DNA of 63,060 bases, filler included, from Stramenopiles sp. TOSAG23-6 (taxonomy: Eukaryota), in NCBI GenBank assembly GCA_900128565.1. It is 22 parts of 22 records of this genome, joined end to end, with 100 filler letters (N's around TTAATTAATTAA, not from the genome) between each part and the next. Parts side by side here need not be neighbours in the genome. Positions count along the whole stretch, not along the records: positions 48,891 to 51,648 come from LT637838.1; positions 51,749 to 54,505 come from LT637839.1; positions 54,606 to 57,359 come from LT637840.1; positions 57,460 to 60,210 come from LT637841.1; positions 60,311 to 63,060 come from LT637842.1; 17 more parts are not named here. One strand, given 5' to 3'. Position 1 is the first letter of the stretch; the number at the start of each line of letters is the position of its first letter. This document shows, piece after piece, positions 51,327 through 63,060 of the stretch. A model generated the notes under the pieces. That model was given only the letters and a program-made list of their open reading frames with translations, did no database searches and was not told the origin of the DNA. Made by a program: the position numbers and the translations under genes.

Positions 51327-51596
51327 TCAAATTATGCCAAAACATTCATCATGGAATTGTGCTAGAAACGACTCCATATATTTATGTCTTTTTCCAGCAA
51401 CTTCCTTACCTGCTTTTGTTTTCATCATGCCTCGCAAAAGTAACAACTTTTCGTAGAAGTGATCTATTGTAAAACCAGTACCCCCAGACCCCATATATTC
51501 GTTTTTTGTAATTCGCGAAGAAAGAATTTTTTCACCTTCGGTTGCAGATATTGGGCCAGTCGTACAGTCATACATTGCTCTTTGCTTTTTACCTCC
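51327..51596 (-). CDS. HD-superfamily hydrolase, last exon
   Basis: TIDHFYEKLLLL..MMKTKAGKEVA.KRHKYMESFL.QF; family intron 51597-51648. Confidence 0.8.
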   Translation of the reverse strand, partial: GGKKQRAMYDCTTGPISATEGEKILSSRITKNEYMGSGGTGFTIDHFYEKLLLLRGMMKTKAGKEVAGKRHKYMESFLAQFHDECFGII

Positions 51597-51805
51597 ATGT
51601 ATTTTGGAAAAATATTTCAAAAAAAAATCGTTAGGTACAAAATTTCGTNNNNNNNNNNNNNNNNNNNNNNNNNNNNNNNNNNNNNNNNNNNNTTAATTAA
51701 TTAANNNNNNNNNNNNNNNNNNNNNNNNNNNNNNNNNNNNNNNNNNNNTTGAGAAAAAAAAATAAATTCGAAATTGAAAAAAATAAATTCGAAATTGAAA
51801 AGTAC

Positions 51806-52957
51806 ATGAACCATTGAACGAGTTTCACTTTAGAATTTTTTGTACGTAATATGTGTAAAGATTCGTACACCACCATTCCAGCAGCAACCGCCCAGCTTTC
51901 AATAATTTCAAATGGAACAGTACATTCCATCCATATAAGATTGTAGTCTTCAATTATAGTTTTTGAAGCTTCCTTAGGGTTAGGGTTTACAATTTCATCA
52001 GGGTTAGGGTTTACAATTTCAGCAGGGTTAGGGTTAGGACCAAAATTGATCCAAATCTCTATTAAAATTTCTATTTGTGACACTTCAAAACCAAGAAATT
52101 GGGAAATTGATAATAATTTTGTCTTTGGATCTATCTCCATGAGACTTTTTAGACGAAACTTTAATCGTTGTTCAAGTTGATCTACTTTATCTACTTTACA
52201 AATTGGTTTTGTACTTTTATTTGAATGATCAAGCTGATTCATCTGGTTAGGGTTAGGGTTAGGGTTAGTAGAAGTACTTATTGTTGTTGTTGCACAATTT
52301 TTCATTGTAGATCGAAGAAAGATTACTCGCTTCACGTAAGTCGACACTTTTTGAATTGCGATTTCTTTGTATGTTTCATAAAAATTAAAATTGATGCTGT
52401 AAACATACATCTAATTTAATTGCATTTCTTGCAATATCAGCAGCAGCAGTATATTGTACTGCAACAATCTTTCTTGAGTCTGCATCAATACCATTTGTTT
52501 GTTTTGTACCAACATTCGTACCTGAGCAATTTTGAATAGTAACGTCTGCATTCTTTGCATTCTTTGCAACATCCACAGCTTTCTTGACGACACTTTGTTC
52601 TTTTATATTTTTTGTTTCTTTTGAGTTTTGAAATGAAGGGTATATTACACTTGTTTCTTTTGTGTTTCTATGAAATGTAGGATATAAAGGTGACTCTCTC
52701 TCTAAATGTACAGTACCTTTCTTCCTATTTTTTTCTTGGAGGCATGCTTTATATTTATTATCAACCATAGTTGTCCATATGCCCTGTGTACGGTATTTAT
52801 CACACATTTTATCAATGACTGCAAGAGACGTTCTTTTTGAATCATCTGTTAACGTAGTATCCACTTTTAATAATCTTGTCAATTTTTCAATAGCCCCAAG
52901 AAGCTCTGCTTCAGAGGTGGCACTTGCGAATGACTGAAGCACTGCTGACATTGGCAT
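51806..52957 (-). CDS. Protein with an interrupted MIT-like domain, partial
   Basis: AADIARNAIKLD and KEIAIQKVSTYVKRV flank a truncated intron at ~52370-52408. Confidence 0.5.
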
Positions 52958-53385
52958 TTCTATAACTTTATATCCATACAGGTCACGTTCAATGTGTTGC
53001 GATAGGCTCCTCTTTTGGTTACACTTTCAAATTTAAATTTTATCAGTAAAGATGTCTTAAAAAAGATCAAGGAATGTAAGTCATATGAACTACGCGTATA
53101 TGTGATAGCCAACACTACAGTAGCTAAAGCTACAGGTATTCGTAGGGTGCGACCGATCAAACAAAAGGCGAATCGGGAAAATGTCAAATTTTTTTGTTGG
53201 AAAAAAAATCACGAAATACTTGGTTTTATAGATAATACGAATACGTTTAAATTGAAGACGGCGGTTAGCACCTGTGTGACGTTAGAAAAAAGTGTAGTAC
53301 CAAAAAAAGTCCAACGAAATAAAAAAAGAGCAAACAAAAAATAAAAAAAGGTCCAACGAAATCTCATTTCCTAAATAAAACACAG

Positions 53386-54385
53386 ATGCCTGTAAAAAAT
53401 CGTAGTACTATTGTAGAGCCTTGCTATGATGGTGAACAAATACTGCACGTAGTCGAATATGTAAAAAACTCATTGTATTATGTTTGTCTACCCAACAATG
53501 TCTTCCCTCCTAGTAAGAAAAAAGGCGAATGTTGGGTGAGTATTGATAAGCATTTGATTTACAGTCCATTTTTCTTAGATTTTGGTCCTCTTAACATAGC
53601 ACAAACGTTTCGATTTTTTCAAATACTTGGTTCAAAACGTTGGCAAGCGTATTTAGAATTAACGAACAACTCAAAACCTAAAAAAAAGATTTCATCGTCA
53701 AAATCGTCAAAAGGCAAACAAAAAAAAACTTTCAGCGTCGAAAAGCAAACAAAACTGCAAATTCAAATATGTAAAGAAAACGATCAAAGTAGATCATGAT
53801 ATATTTGGAAAGAATGCTATAAACAAAGGAAAGGTGTACTTTTATTCTACAATGGATCCAAAACTTCGTACCAATGCAGTCACTTTGCTCTGTATTTACG
53901 GCACTCTTGTTCTTGTACGTTTTCATCATTATTTTTTTTTTTTTTGGTAAAAAATTTTTCGTACCTAACAAAATTTAAAAAAAAATGAAATATTTTTTCA
54001 CAATATTGGATCTATCCCCAGAAGAAGCTTGTCTTCCTTTTCAAAATTATGAAGAAACGTCAAAACTTCCTTTTGTGAACTTCCACGATCCGACACCTTT
54101 TGACTGTACATGTACGTTTACATCATAAATATTAAATTTAAATTTCGAAATTAAATTTTGAACAAACAAAAAAAAATTAAATTTTTTCAAATTTTTTTTT
54201 CATTTGAAATTTCTTACTAACAAATTATTTGAATTGAAATATTTTTTCAATGCACATACCCATTGTCTATTATTGACTGTGTGCGAGGTGTTAAAAGAGC
54301 AATGAACGATAATTTTTTTAAAATACATAAATTTAATCTTGAGGAATATGAACACTTCGAACGTGTCGAAAACGGTGATCTCAAT
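53386..54385 (+). CDS. CDC14: CDC14-family dual-specificity phosphatase, N-terminal part
   Basis: YSPFFLDFGPLNI, RTNA, SPEEA, DCVRG, FNLEEYEHFERVENGDLN; introns 53915-54008 (GT...TG) and 54112-54257 (GT...AT); A-run frameshift near 53725. Confidence 0.93.
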
Positions 54386-54658
54386 GTACGTTTAAAATTA
54401 ATTTTTTTTTTCATACGAAATTTTGTACCTAACTATTTTTTTTTTGAATTTTTTTTTTTCATAGAAAATTCTGTACCTAAAAAAAAAATTTTATAAAAAA
54501 AAAAANNNNNNNNNNNNNNNNNNNNNNNNNNNNNNNNNNNNNNNNNNNNTTAATTAATTAANNNNNNNNNNNNNNNNNNNNNNNNNNNNNNNNNNNNNNN
54601 NNNNNTACGAAATTTTGAACCTAACAATTTTTTTTTGAAATATTTTTCCAAAATGCAT

Positions 54659-57256
54659 GATTTACATTCGGGCAAATTGTGATGCACAAGCTAGGCGTTG
54701 TATTAATATTTCTCAAGGTTTGAATCCAAATTCTCCAGAAGTCTGGATAGCTCATGTACATTTTCAAAATTAATTCTTTTTTAAAGTTTTTTCGTACGAC
54801 ATTTGTTACCTAACGAATTAAAATGTTTTTTTTTTTTTTCACAATACATGCACGTATTATTAAAAACAATATAACCTTGAACAAAGAAAAAATCTCCGAG
54901 AAACTGATTAATGCGTTTGAATGCGCAACTACAATCCCACCCCCATCGATTACACCATTTAATGCCTTATTTAGTTTGGCTCATTCATTTATTCATGTCA
55001 AAAAGTTTGCTGAGGCAGAAAATCGATTACGTTTACTTTCAATTCGTACGTTTTTCATGATGAATTTCAAATTTATATTTTTTTTCATACGAAATTCCAT
55101 ACCTAACAATTGCTTTTACGAATTTTGTTTTTACATTTTCACAATACAGGTAATCCATGTGGGAAAGTATATATTTTACGTGGTGTTTGTTTACAGTTAC
55201 AACACCGATGGGTTGATGCGTCTGATGCCTTTTTACATGCATTTACATTTTTCAAAAATAATGAAAAGTCGATGAATCTTGATTCAACAGAATTAAATTG
55301 GAGATTTCAACTATTATTGAAATTATCAAAAGAAGGTTTCATTCGTTGTGCTGCACGAATACCTCTCAAATCTAAGACATCTCATATAGTCAATACATTA
55401 GATACACTAGCTACTACAAAGATAGAGCAAGCTGAAGTTGTATGTTGTCCACTTTAATTTCAATTTGAGTTTTTTTTTTTCGTAGAAAATTTCATACCTA
55501 ACAACTTTCAAATTTGACATATTTTTGCACAATACTTGCTTTCGGGAATGAAAACTGGGACCTAGCAGCAAGGTTATACAGTACAATTATATCTGAACGA
55601 AAAAAAACTATAAGTGAAGAAAATAATGCAAATAATTCATTTGTCAATCTGTATATGTCAACTGCTATATCTTTTTTTCTATCAAAAAAGTATGTAGAAT
55701 TCCAAAACATAATCCAAGAAGGTATTGATATATGCAGTAGAAGTACATTTGAAGGATCATTTGAGGGATTAGTTTCATTACTTAAATTGTCTGCTTCTAT
55801 TGAAGCTATTCATGGAAACACTATCAAAACAATTGCGACTGTTAAACAATTAGATGAAATTACTGATACATATAATCCAGAAAATGTAATATTGAATTCA
55901 TTATGCTATCGTACAATATCGAGTGACATAAAAAATGTGTCTTCAATTCTCCAATTATCTCTACGATATTATCCTAATGTAAGTCGATTATGGATATATT
56001 TTGGATATTCTCTCTTATCCTTACCATACGATACAAATAATGATTCTACAGACCAATCGAATATTACAAGAGCAACAAATGCTGCTTTGTCAGCTGCAGA
56101 AACAAGTAAGACAACAAATGAAGAAATTGCAGCGAAATTGTTGTTTGGTGTATGTAACTTTAGAAAAGGATTTTGTCGTGAAGCATCATCAAGTGCTCAA
56201 ATTGTATTACGCAATGATCCGAATAACACAAGTGCTCTTTTACTATTAGCTTTATCCGAAGTATCAAAGAATATTGAATGTAATTCTAAAAAAACAAAAA
56301 ACATAAAAAGAATTGAATTTTCGTGTAATTTATTACAAAGAGTAATACAACAAATGAAATCATTGGATTCATTTACTTTGAAAGATCAAAAGTGTCTTTC
56401 AACAATTCTATGTGTGTCTCAATTATTGAATAGTGAAAACATAGACATCATCATGAATACTGTAAAAGATTGTGATGAAGCAGTGAAACTATTATTTCGT
56501 GCAAGAGCAATTGTTACACATAGTTCTAATGACTACAAGGATGCAATTGATGCTTACTTGTTGGCTACTAAAGCATTAGCTGAAGAATCAGAAGATAATG
56601 AAGAATTAGGTACAGTGTATTGTAACAAAAAATTACATCGACGAGGTCAATTATTTTTAGCATTTCATGAACTTGCTTCGATATATATGAAACATGATAC
56701 CTTACAAAATATAAATTCAAATGAAAATTCTATACGATGCCTTCAACGTGCGGCACGAATTGCTCCAACAAAATTAGGTAAAGCTGTATCCTATACTCAA
56801 CTTTCTCTCCTTCATTTTGATGCATTAAAACGATTTAATATGACAAAAAGCTCAAAACAAGGTATACAAGCCATTAACAAAGCGATGAAACAATTTTTTA
56901 TTTTAGGTTGTACATCTTTCAACAAAAAATGTATGGAGGAAAATGGATTAAAGAGTGAATTTCTAATGGATCATCAAGACATCATTAGTTCTCAATCTTC
57001 TATAGAATCAGCATCATTATCTTCAACTTTAGTTGCAAAAAGTTTTTTTTCTGAAGGGTCTTGGGATGATTTTACTACCATTATTTCTGCCAGTCGAAAA
57101 TTTCTTCATTTTAGCTGTCTTGCTAAATGTAAACTTCAAAAAAAAAAAAGTTTTCCAGATACATCGGAAACTGTGATGATGAATATTATTGAAAAATTAT
57201 TGTGTTTTTGTGGTAGTGCAAAAAGTAGACAAAATTCTTCAGAACCGAGATGGTAA
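54659..57256 (+). CDS. TPR protein, SKI3/TTC37-like C-terminal part
   Basis: SQGLNPNSPEVWIAHA and further TPRs; in frame across introns 54756-54849 (AT), 55046-55149 (AG) and 55440-55537 (TT). Confidence 0.65.
55046..55149 (+). mobile_element. Family intron with canonical GT...AG ends
   Basis: TTC|GTACGT...TACCTAAC...CACAATACAG|GT. Confidence 0.88.
55440..55537 (+). mobile_element. Family intron, GT...TT
   Basis: GTT|GTATGT...TACCTAAC...CACAATACTT|GCT; TT duplicated at both junctions. Confidence 0.85.
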
Positions 57257-57511
57257 ATGGGTGTTATTAATGTTTAAATAAATTAGTGGTTGTTTTTATT
57301 ATGTAAAAAAAAATCTTTTTTGTTTAGGTACAAAATTTCGTACGAAAAAAAAAATAAATNNNNNNNNNNNNNNNNNNNNNNNNNNNNNNNNNNNNNNNNN
57401 NNNTTAATTAATTAANNNNNNNNNNNNNNNNNNNNNNNNNNNNNNNNNNNNNNNNNNNNTATAAATTTTTTGAATAACCCTTACCAAAAAAAAAAAAAAA
57501 AAAAAATTTTT

Positions 57512-57549
<38 letters not shown>

Positions 57550-57639
57550 CCCCAACTCAAAATTAATGACGTCATCCTTTTTATCTAATCTAACAAATGA
57601 AAAATATTTTTTTTTTTAACAATACTTTACACTATATAG

Positions 57640-58097
57640 AGATGTCATAGAATAGGTCAAAAAAAAGTAGTAAAAATTATTCGATTTGTCATTAAATCTA
57701 CAGTTGATGAAAAAATAATGAAAATTGCTAATCGAAAAACAATTTTAGATGAAAATGTTTTACAAAAAAAAAAAAAAATCTTCAGATTTAACGTCTGATG
57801 AACTTAAAATCATTATGTAAATTTTATTTTTTTTTTTTTGTATTTTTTTTGTATGAAATTTTTTTTATAAAAATTTTGTACCTAACAAAAATTTTTTTTT
57901 TTTTGAATATTTTTTCACAATACATGCAAGAAGAACTGGCTTCATTACGAAACAAACAAAAAAATCAAAATACACAAAATACACAAAAAAAACAAAATAC
58001 AATATCGGATGAGGTGACTGAGGATGATGCAAATCTTATTGATAATTTACCTTCATATGGGATTAAAAGTTTGGAAAAAAATATTTTTTTGTGCTAA
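57640..58097 (+). CDS. SNF2-family helicase C-terminus
   Basis: RCHRIGQKKVVKIIRFVIKSTVDEKI (motif VI); intron 57817-57925 (GT...AT). Confidence 0.8.
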
Positions 58098-58378
58098 ACT
58101 ATAAAAATTTAAAAATTTAAAAATGTAATGTAAAAAATTTATTTTTTGAACCAAATTTTGAGATGTTTTTTATTTTTCCTAATTTTTATATTGTTTTTTT
58201 ATTTTTCCTAATTTTTTTCATACAAAAAATTGTACCTAACATTTTCTTGAAACGTTTGACATATTTTACTACGAAACATTTTTTTTTTTACCGAAAAAAA
58301 TGTTTTTTCGTAGGAAATTTTGTACCTAACAATTTTCAACATTTATGTTTAGACCATTTTCATTCCAATATTTTCATA

Positions 58379-58539
58379 CATTTTTTTATATTCGATCGCA
58401 TCAGGAAATAAAAGTTGCACGAAATCATCATTTTCATCAGTCCGCTGTCCAGCCCAAAATGTTTTTTTGGGACAATATTTCAAAAAATATTTCGTTAGGT
58501 ACAAATTTTTTTTAGAAGAAAAAAAAAAAATTCAATTTC

Positions 58540-58583
<44 letters not shown>

Positions 58584-58633
58584 TTTTTTTGTTTTTTTTT
58601 TTTTTCCTTGACATTTTTAAAAAAATTAAATTT

Positions 58634-58665
<32 letters not shown>

Positions 58666-58868
58666 CATACATAATTCATTTTTTTGCTTTTCTGTTTTTT
58701 CCTTGACATTTTTCATGGCAGCATTATGTAAATCAATCTTATTGAGCAAAGTAGATGCATACTTCATTAATATTTTATATTCTATTTTATTCTGCATGTC
58801 TGAACGCAAGCAAAGAATCATGTCCTATAAAGAATAATACAATTCATTTTTTTGTTATATATTTGATG

Positions 58869-58905
<37 letters not shown>

Positions 58906-59127
58906 TAGGAAAAAAATTTCGTACAAAAAAAAAAAAAAAAAAAAAAAAGAAAAAAAAAAGCATTTTAAATTCATAATGAAAACAAACATGTGCCTTCATT
59001 CTATTGACTTGTTTCATTTGTATTTGTACTTGATACAATTTTTTCATAATTTTATTTTTCACATATTCAATAGCTATTTGTCTTCTGACTTTATTTACAT
59101 CTGTAGCAATCCAAATAGATATATACT
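58379..59127 (-). CDS. Hypothetical multi-exon gene fragment
   Basis: Three short exons separated by poly(T)-expanded family introns join in frame. Confidence 0.4.
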
Positions 59128-59207
59128 GTATTGTAAAAAAAAAATTTTTTTTTTTAAATTTTTTTTGTTAGGTACAAATTTTCGTACAAAAAAAAAAAAA
59201 AAAAAAA

Positions 59208-59243
<36 letters not shown>

Positions 59244-59302
59244 GTAATTTTGTACTTAACCGAAAAAAAAAAAAAAAAAAAAAATATTTTTTCACAAAAA
59301 AT

Positions 59303-60135
59303 GTTTGCGACAGAAATTCAGCTATACAAAGACGAAAATGTAAATATATCAAACATTCCCATGTATCGTAATAACACGGCATGCTGTGATTTGATCTCAC
59401 TAAAACATAAGAAATTTCTTGGTATTTTTCCAATATTAAATGATTTATGTACAACACGAAATACGAGACATTCAAGTGCAGAAAATTTCGTGTCAAATTT
59501 AACTAAAAAATTTGGTAGAAAAAAAGGATTTTTTTTTGATGCACAAACTAAACAAGTAAAACAAAGTTCAATGTATTTTTATGGAGATTTTCGAAACCGA
59601 CAAAGCTTTTCAATTGTTCATTATGCACGAGATGTTAAATATGATGTATGTTTTTTTAAAAAAATTTTAAAAAATTTTTGAAATTTTTGAAATTTTTGAA
59701 ATTTTTTTTTTTTTTTTTCGTACGAAATTTTGTACCTAAACAAAAAACAATTTAAAATTTTTTAAATTTTTTAAATATTTTTTTTTACCATACAGGCCAC
59801 TCAATTTATTGTAAAAAATATGGACAAAGTTCCTCCACAATTATTTGAATTATGTAAAAATAGTTCACAAACATTTATGAAAACATTGTATACTACAAAA
59901 AATACAAAAAATACAAAACATACAAAAAATACAAAAAATATAAAAAAAATATTAGGTACAAAAAATGGTACAAAAAATATAAAACAAACTTTAGTATCAA
60001 AGTATATGCACCAATTAAAGTCGTTAATCAATACATTAGATAATACAACAACACACTATATTAAGTGTATAAAACCAAATAATATTAATTTTAGACCAAT
60101 TGATGGAAGAGCCAGTTTTGATGTATGGAAAATAT
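59303..60135 (+). CDS. Myosin motor domain fragment
   Basis: GIFPILND, FSIVHYARDVKYD|ATQFIVKNMD, THYIKCIKPN; family intron 59646-59795 (GT-AG). Confidence 0.9.
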
Positions 60136-60310
60136 GTACGTTTTTCATGAATTTCAATTTTTTTTGAAATTTTTTTTGAAATTTTTTTGAAACTTTTGGT
60201 ATAGTCGTATNNNNNNNNNNNNNNNNNNNNNNNNNNNNNNNNNNNNNNNNNNNNTTAATTAATTAANNNNNNNNNNNNNNNNNNNNNNNNNNNNNNNNNN
60301 NNNNNNNNNN

Positions 60311-61464
60311 AAAAAGATGTACCAACAGCAGGCAACAGACAACATCTTCTTGCACCAGAACCTGATGCTGACTGTTGGGCTACAATAAAAGCACTAAAAT
60401 TGAACCTACAAAAAGCAAACATTAAAGTTGTTCCAGGGAAAGACAAACAAGATTGTCGGGAAGCAAGGGATAAACTAATAACACTACTTGCTACTCATGC
60501 TGCTTATCCAACACAAATTGTTTCGCGTCGTGTAAATCCAGAGCTTGCAAAAAAAAAAAAAAATCACTCTGCTACAGCTATTCAGTCTCTTGTACGTGGC
60601 CATCAAGTTAGAAATCAAGTTAGAAGACAAGTAGCAGCTTCTTTGGCAGATAAAGGAATGAAAGATTTCGAAGAAAGAACAATAAAAGCAGAAGAAGCAG
60701 CAAAAGAAGCACAAGCACAAGCACAAGCACAAGCACAAGCTGCAGCAAAAGAAGCAGATAGAAGAGCAGAAGCTTCTTTGGCAGTTGAAGGAATGAAAGA
60801 TTTCGAAAGAAGAATAAAAGAAAAAGAAGCAGCAAAAGCAAAAGCTGCAGTAAAAGAAGCAAAAATAAAAGAAGAAGCGAAAGTAGCAGCAGCAAAAGAA
60901 GCGAAAGAAGCAGAAGAAAAAAAAAATGAAGTATATTCTTATGATGGTGATGAAGAATATTCTTATGATTTTGATTCTGATTCTGAAAGTGATGATGGTG
61001 ATGAAGAATATTTTGATGATTTTGATTCTGAGTCTGAAAGTGATGATGGTAGTGGTGATGCAACAGATTCAGTTGAACAGCAGAAAGCAAAAGAAGAAGC
61101 AGATGCAAAAGGTAGGAGAACTGTTAGCAGAGAAGCAGCAGCAAAATTACGACAAGCAGAAGCACAAGCAGAAGCACAAGCATCAGAAACAAAAGCAGCA
61201 GAAACAGCAGAACAAGGAATAGAAAAAGGAGAACAAAAAGGAGAACAAACACAAACAACAACAGGCTGGGATAAATTGAGAGATGTTGTCTGGAATGCTT
61301 TCGGAGATATCGGTAAGCAATATTCTGAAAACGAAGGCGGAAGCTTAGCAGTACCAACAGACACTGAAGCAGCTGCAGAAGAAGCAAAAGAAACAGCAAC
61401 AGCAGCAGCAGCACAAACAACAAAATCCGTAGATACTAATCAAACTTCATGGACAAAAGAGAGT
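60311..61464 (+). CDS. IQ-motif, Ala/Glu/Lys-rich protein fragment
   Basis: AIQSLVRGHQVR IQ motif; AQAQ and acidic repeats; ends at family donor 61465. Confidence 0.7.
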
Positions 61465-61558
61465 GTATGTTTTATTTTTTTTTTTTGTATGAATTTTTTT
61501 TTCGTACGAAATTTTGTACCTAACGAATTTTTTTTTGAAATATTTTTCCAAAATACGG

Positions 61559-62992
61559 GAGGGGCCAATGCTCAAATGGCTTTCGATATATTTCAGAATA
61601 TTTTAAAATCTGGCGAAATTGAGTTCTCGCATTGTACTATACTGCTGAAAACGTGTACTACATCCCAAGATACGCTTAGTGTATGTTTTTTTCACATTTT
61701 TTTTTCATACGAAAATTTGTACCTAACAAACATTTAAAAAAAAAAAATATTTTATTTTTTTTGAGTGATTTTTCTTTCCTCCTGAATTTCAATTTTTTTT
61801 TTTTCCAAATTATTTTTTTTTTGTAAAAACTAACAAAAACATTACATTTTTGAAATATTTTTTTCAATATATTTATTAAATTCAATAAAATCTTCAAAGA
61901 GTCCGTTTTTAGATAGGCAATTAATTGATATAATGTACAGTAAATGTTGTAGTGTAAGTACATTATCATCAGGTGTATCAACTAATCAAACCCTAACCCT
62001 ATCAGAGAATCATATGACTCAAAATTTGTACCACAATTTTCGTATACAAAAAAACATTTTGCTACAAAACCAAGAAAATTTCGATGTTTCATTGAATTTT
62101 GACAAACACAATGGTACAATAATGAATAATAAAAATGGTACAATAATGAATAATAAAAACACAATTAAAACACGGACAAAACGACACATCAACCCTAACC
62201 CTAAACATATAAATTCCCAAATTGATATTTTATACAACACCATAAAAAAACGGTCTCGTAATAACCCTAAAAACCCTAAAAACCCTAAAAACCCTAAAAA
62301 CCCTAAAAACCCAAATACAATAACAATTTTGAAAAATGTCTTATATGATATACGATGTAACCCTAACCCTAATGCTTCTTCGTCGATGCTTGGAAAAAAA
62401 GATTATAGAAAACTTTTATACTTGAGTGGTTTTTTTGGATTGTATTCTGATGTAGGTTTCAAAACTGTTTCTTTCCCTACATTTTTTTGTATAGTAAATT
62501 TCGTACCTAACAAAATTTTTTTAAAATTTTGAAAAAAAAATTTTTTACCTACATTTTTTTTTATAGTAAATTTCGTACCTAACAAAATTTTTGAAAATTT
62601 TTGAAAAAATATTTTTCCACAATACATGCAAAATATATTTTAGATATTATGAAACTTCGTCATGTAATTCCTGGTGCTGAGCATTTTAGTGCATTGGCCC
62701 AACCAATATTAGAAAAAAACACTCACATGGATGGATTTGTATTGAAACTATTTGAGGAAATGTGTACGTTTTCCTAACCCTAACCTAACCCTAACTTTGT
62801 ACTACATTTTTTTTTTCATACGGAATTTTGTACGTAACGAATTTTTACTAAAAAAAAAAATATATATATATATATATTTTTTCACTTTATATGCGTTGGT
62901 CCATGCATTATTGATGATCATGCTGTCATGCTTGCTCTTCGTGCTTGCAAGGGATTCTCGAATGGTGTCGCATCACGAAAAGCAATGGACAT
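61559..62992 (+). CDS. PPR-like helical repeat protein fragment, 4 exons
   Basis: AKYILDIMKLRHVIP, LKLFEEM, LALRAC; in frame across introns 61681-61872, 62452-62627 and 62764-62892 (all GT...AT). Confidence 0.55.
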
Positions 62993-63060
62993 GTATGTTT
63001 CATTTTTTTTTTTTTTTACAAAAAAATCGAATTTTTTTTTCGTACGAAATTTTGTACCTA

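Noticed and set aside
53715-53800. Programmed frameshifting or stop-codon reassignment (CDC14; also ~5385 and ~11850)
   Set aside because: The shifts coincide with long A/T homopolymers, consistent with indel errors; TAA, TAG and TGA all terminate conserved genes normally

Overview
This is AT-rich eukaryotic (protist-like) nuclear DNA, not one continuous locus. It consists of 22 short contigs of about 2.75-2.8 kb, in decreasing length order, joined by artificial N44-TTAATTAATTAA-N44 linkers. One contig occurs twice, and several junctions look like amplification or assembly chimeras. Genes use the standard code and include a CDPK, TBCCD1, ferrochelatase, a SET protein, prohibitin, a PKA-R-like protein with an RGS domain, a BK channel, glutaredoxin, a PP4R1-like protein, a TPR-kinase-metallophosphoesterase fusion, carboxypeptidase S10, Nup93, RPB9, DusA, CDC14, a SKI3-like protein and myosin. 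The main signal is a high-copy family of similar ~90-150 nt insertions, consensus GTAYGTTTTATTTTTTTCAAATTCGAATTTTTTTTCGTACGAAATTTTGTACCTAACGATTTTTTTTGAAATATTTTTCCAAAATAC+NN. These interrupt conserved reading frames in the sense orientation. They have a spliceosomal-type GT donor and a CTAAC branch motif, but mostly end in AT (also TT, GT, TG) rather than AG. The last two bases usually duplicate the last two exon bases. I read this as an introner-like, transposon-derived intron family with non-canonical 3' splice sites. A cluster of box C/D snoRNAs lies in and just upstream of the prohibitin exons.
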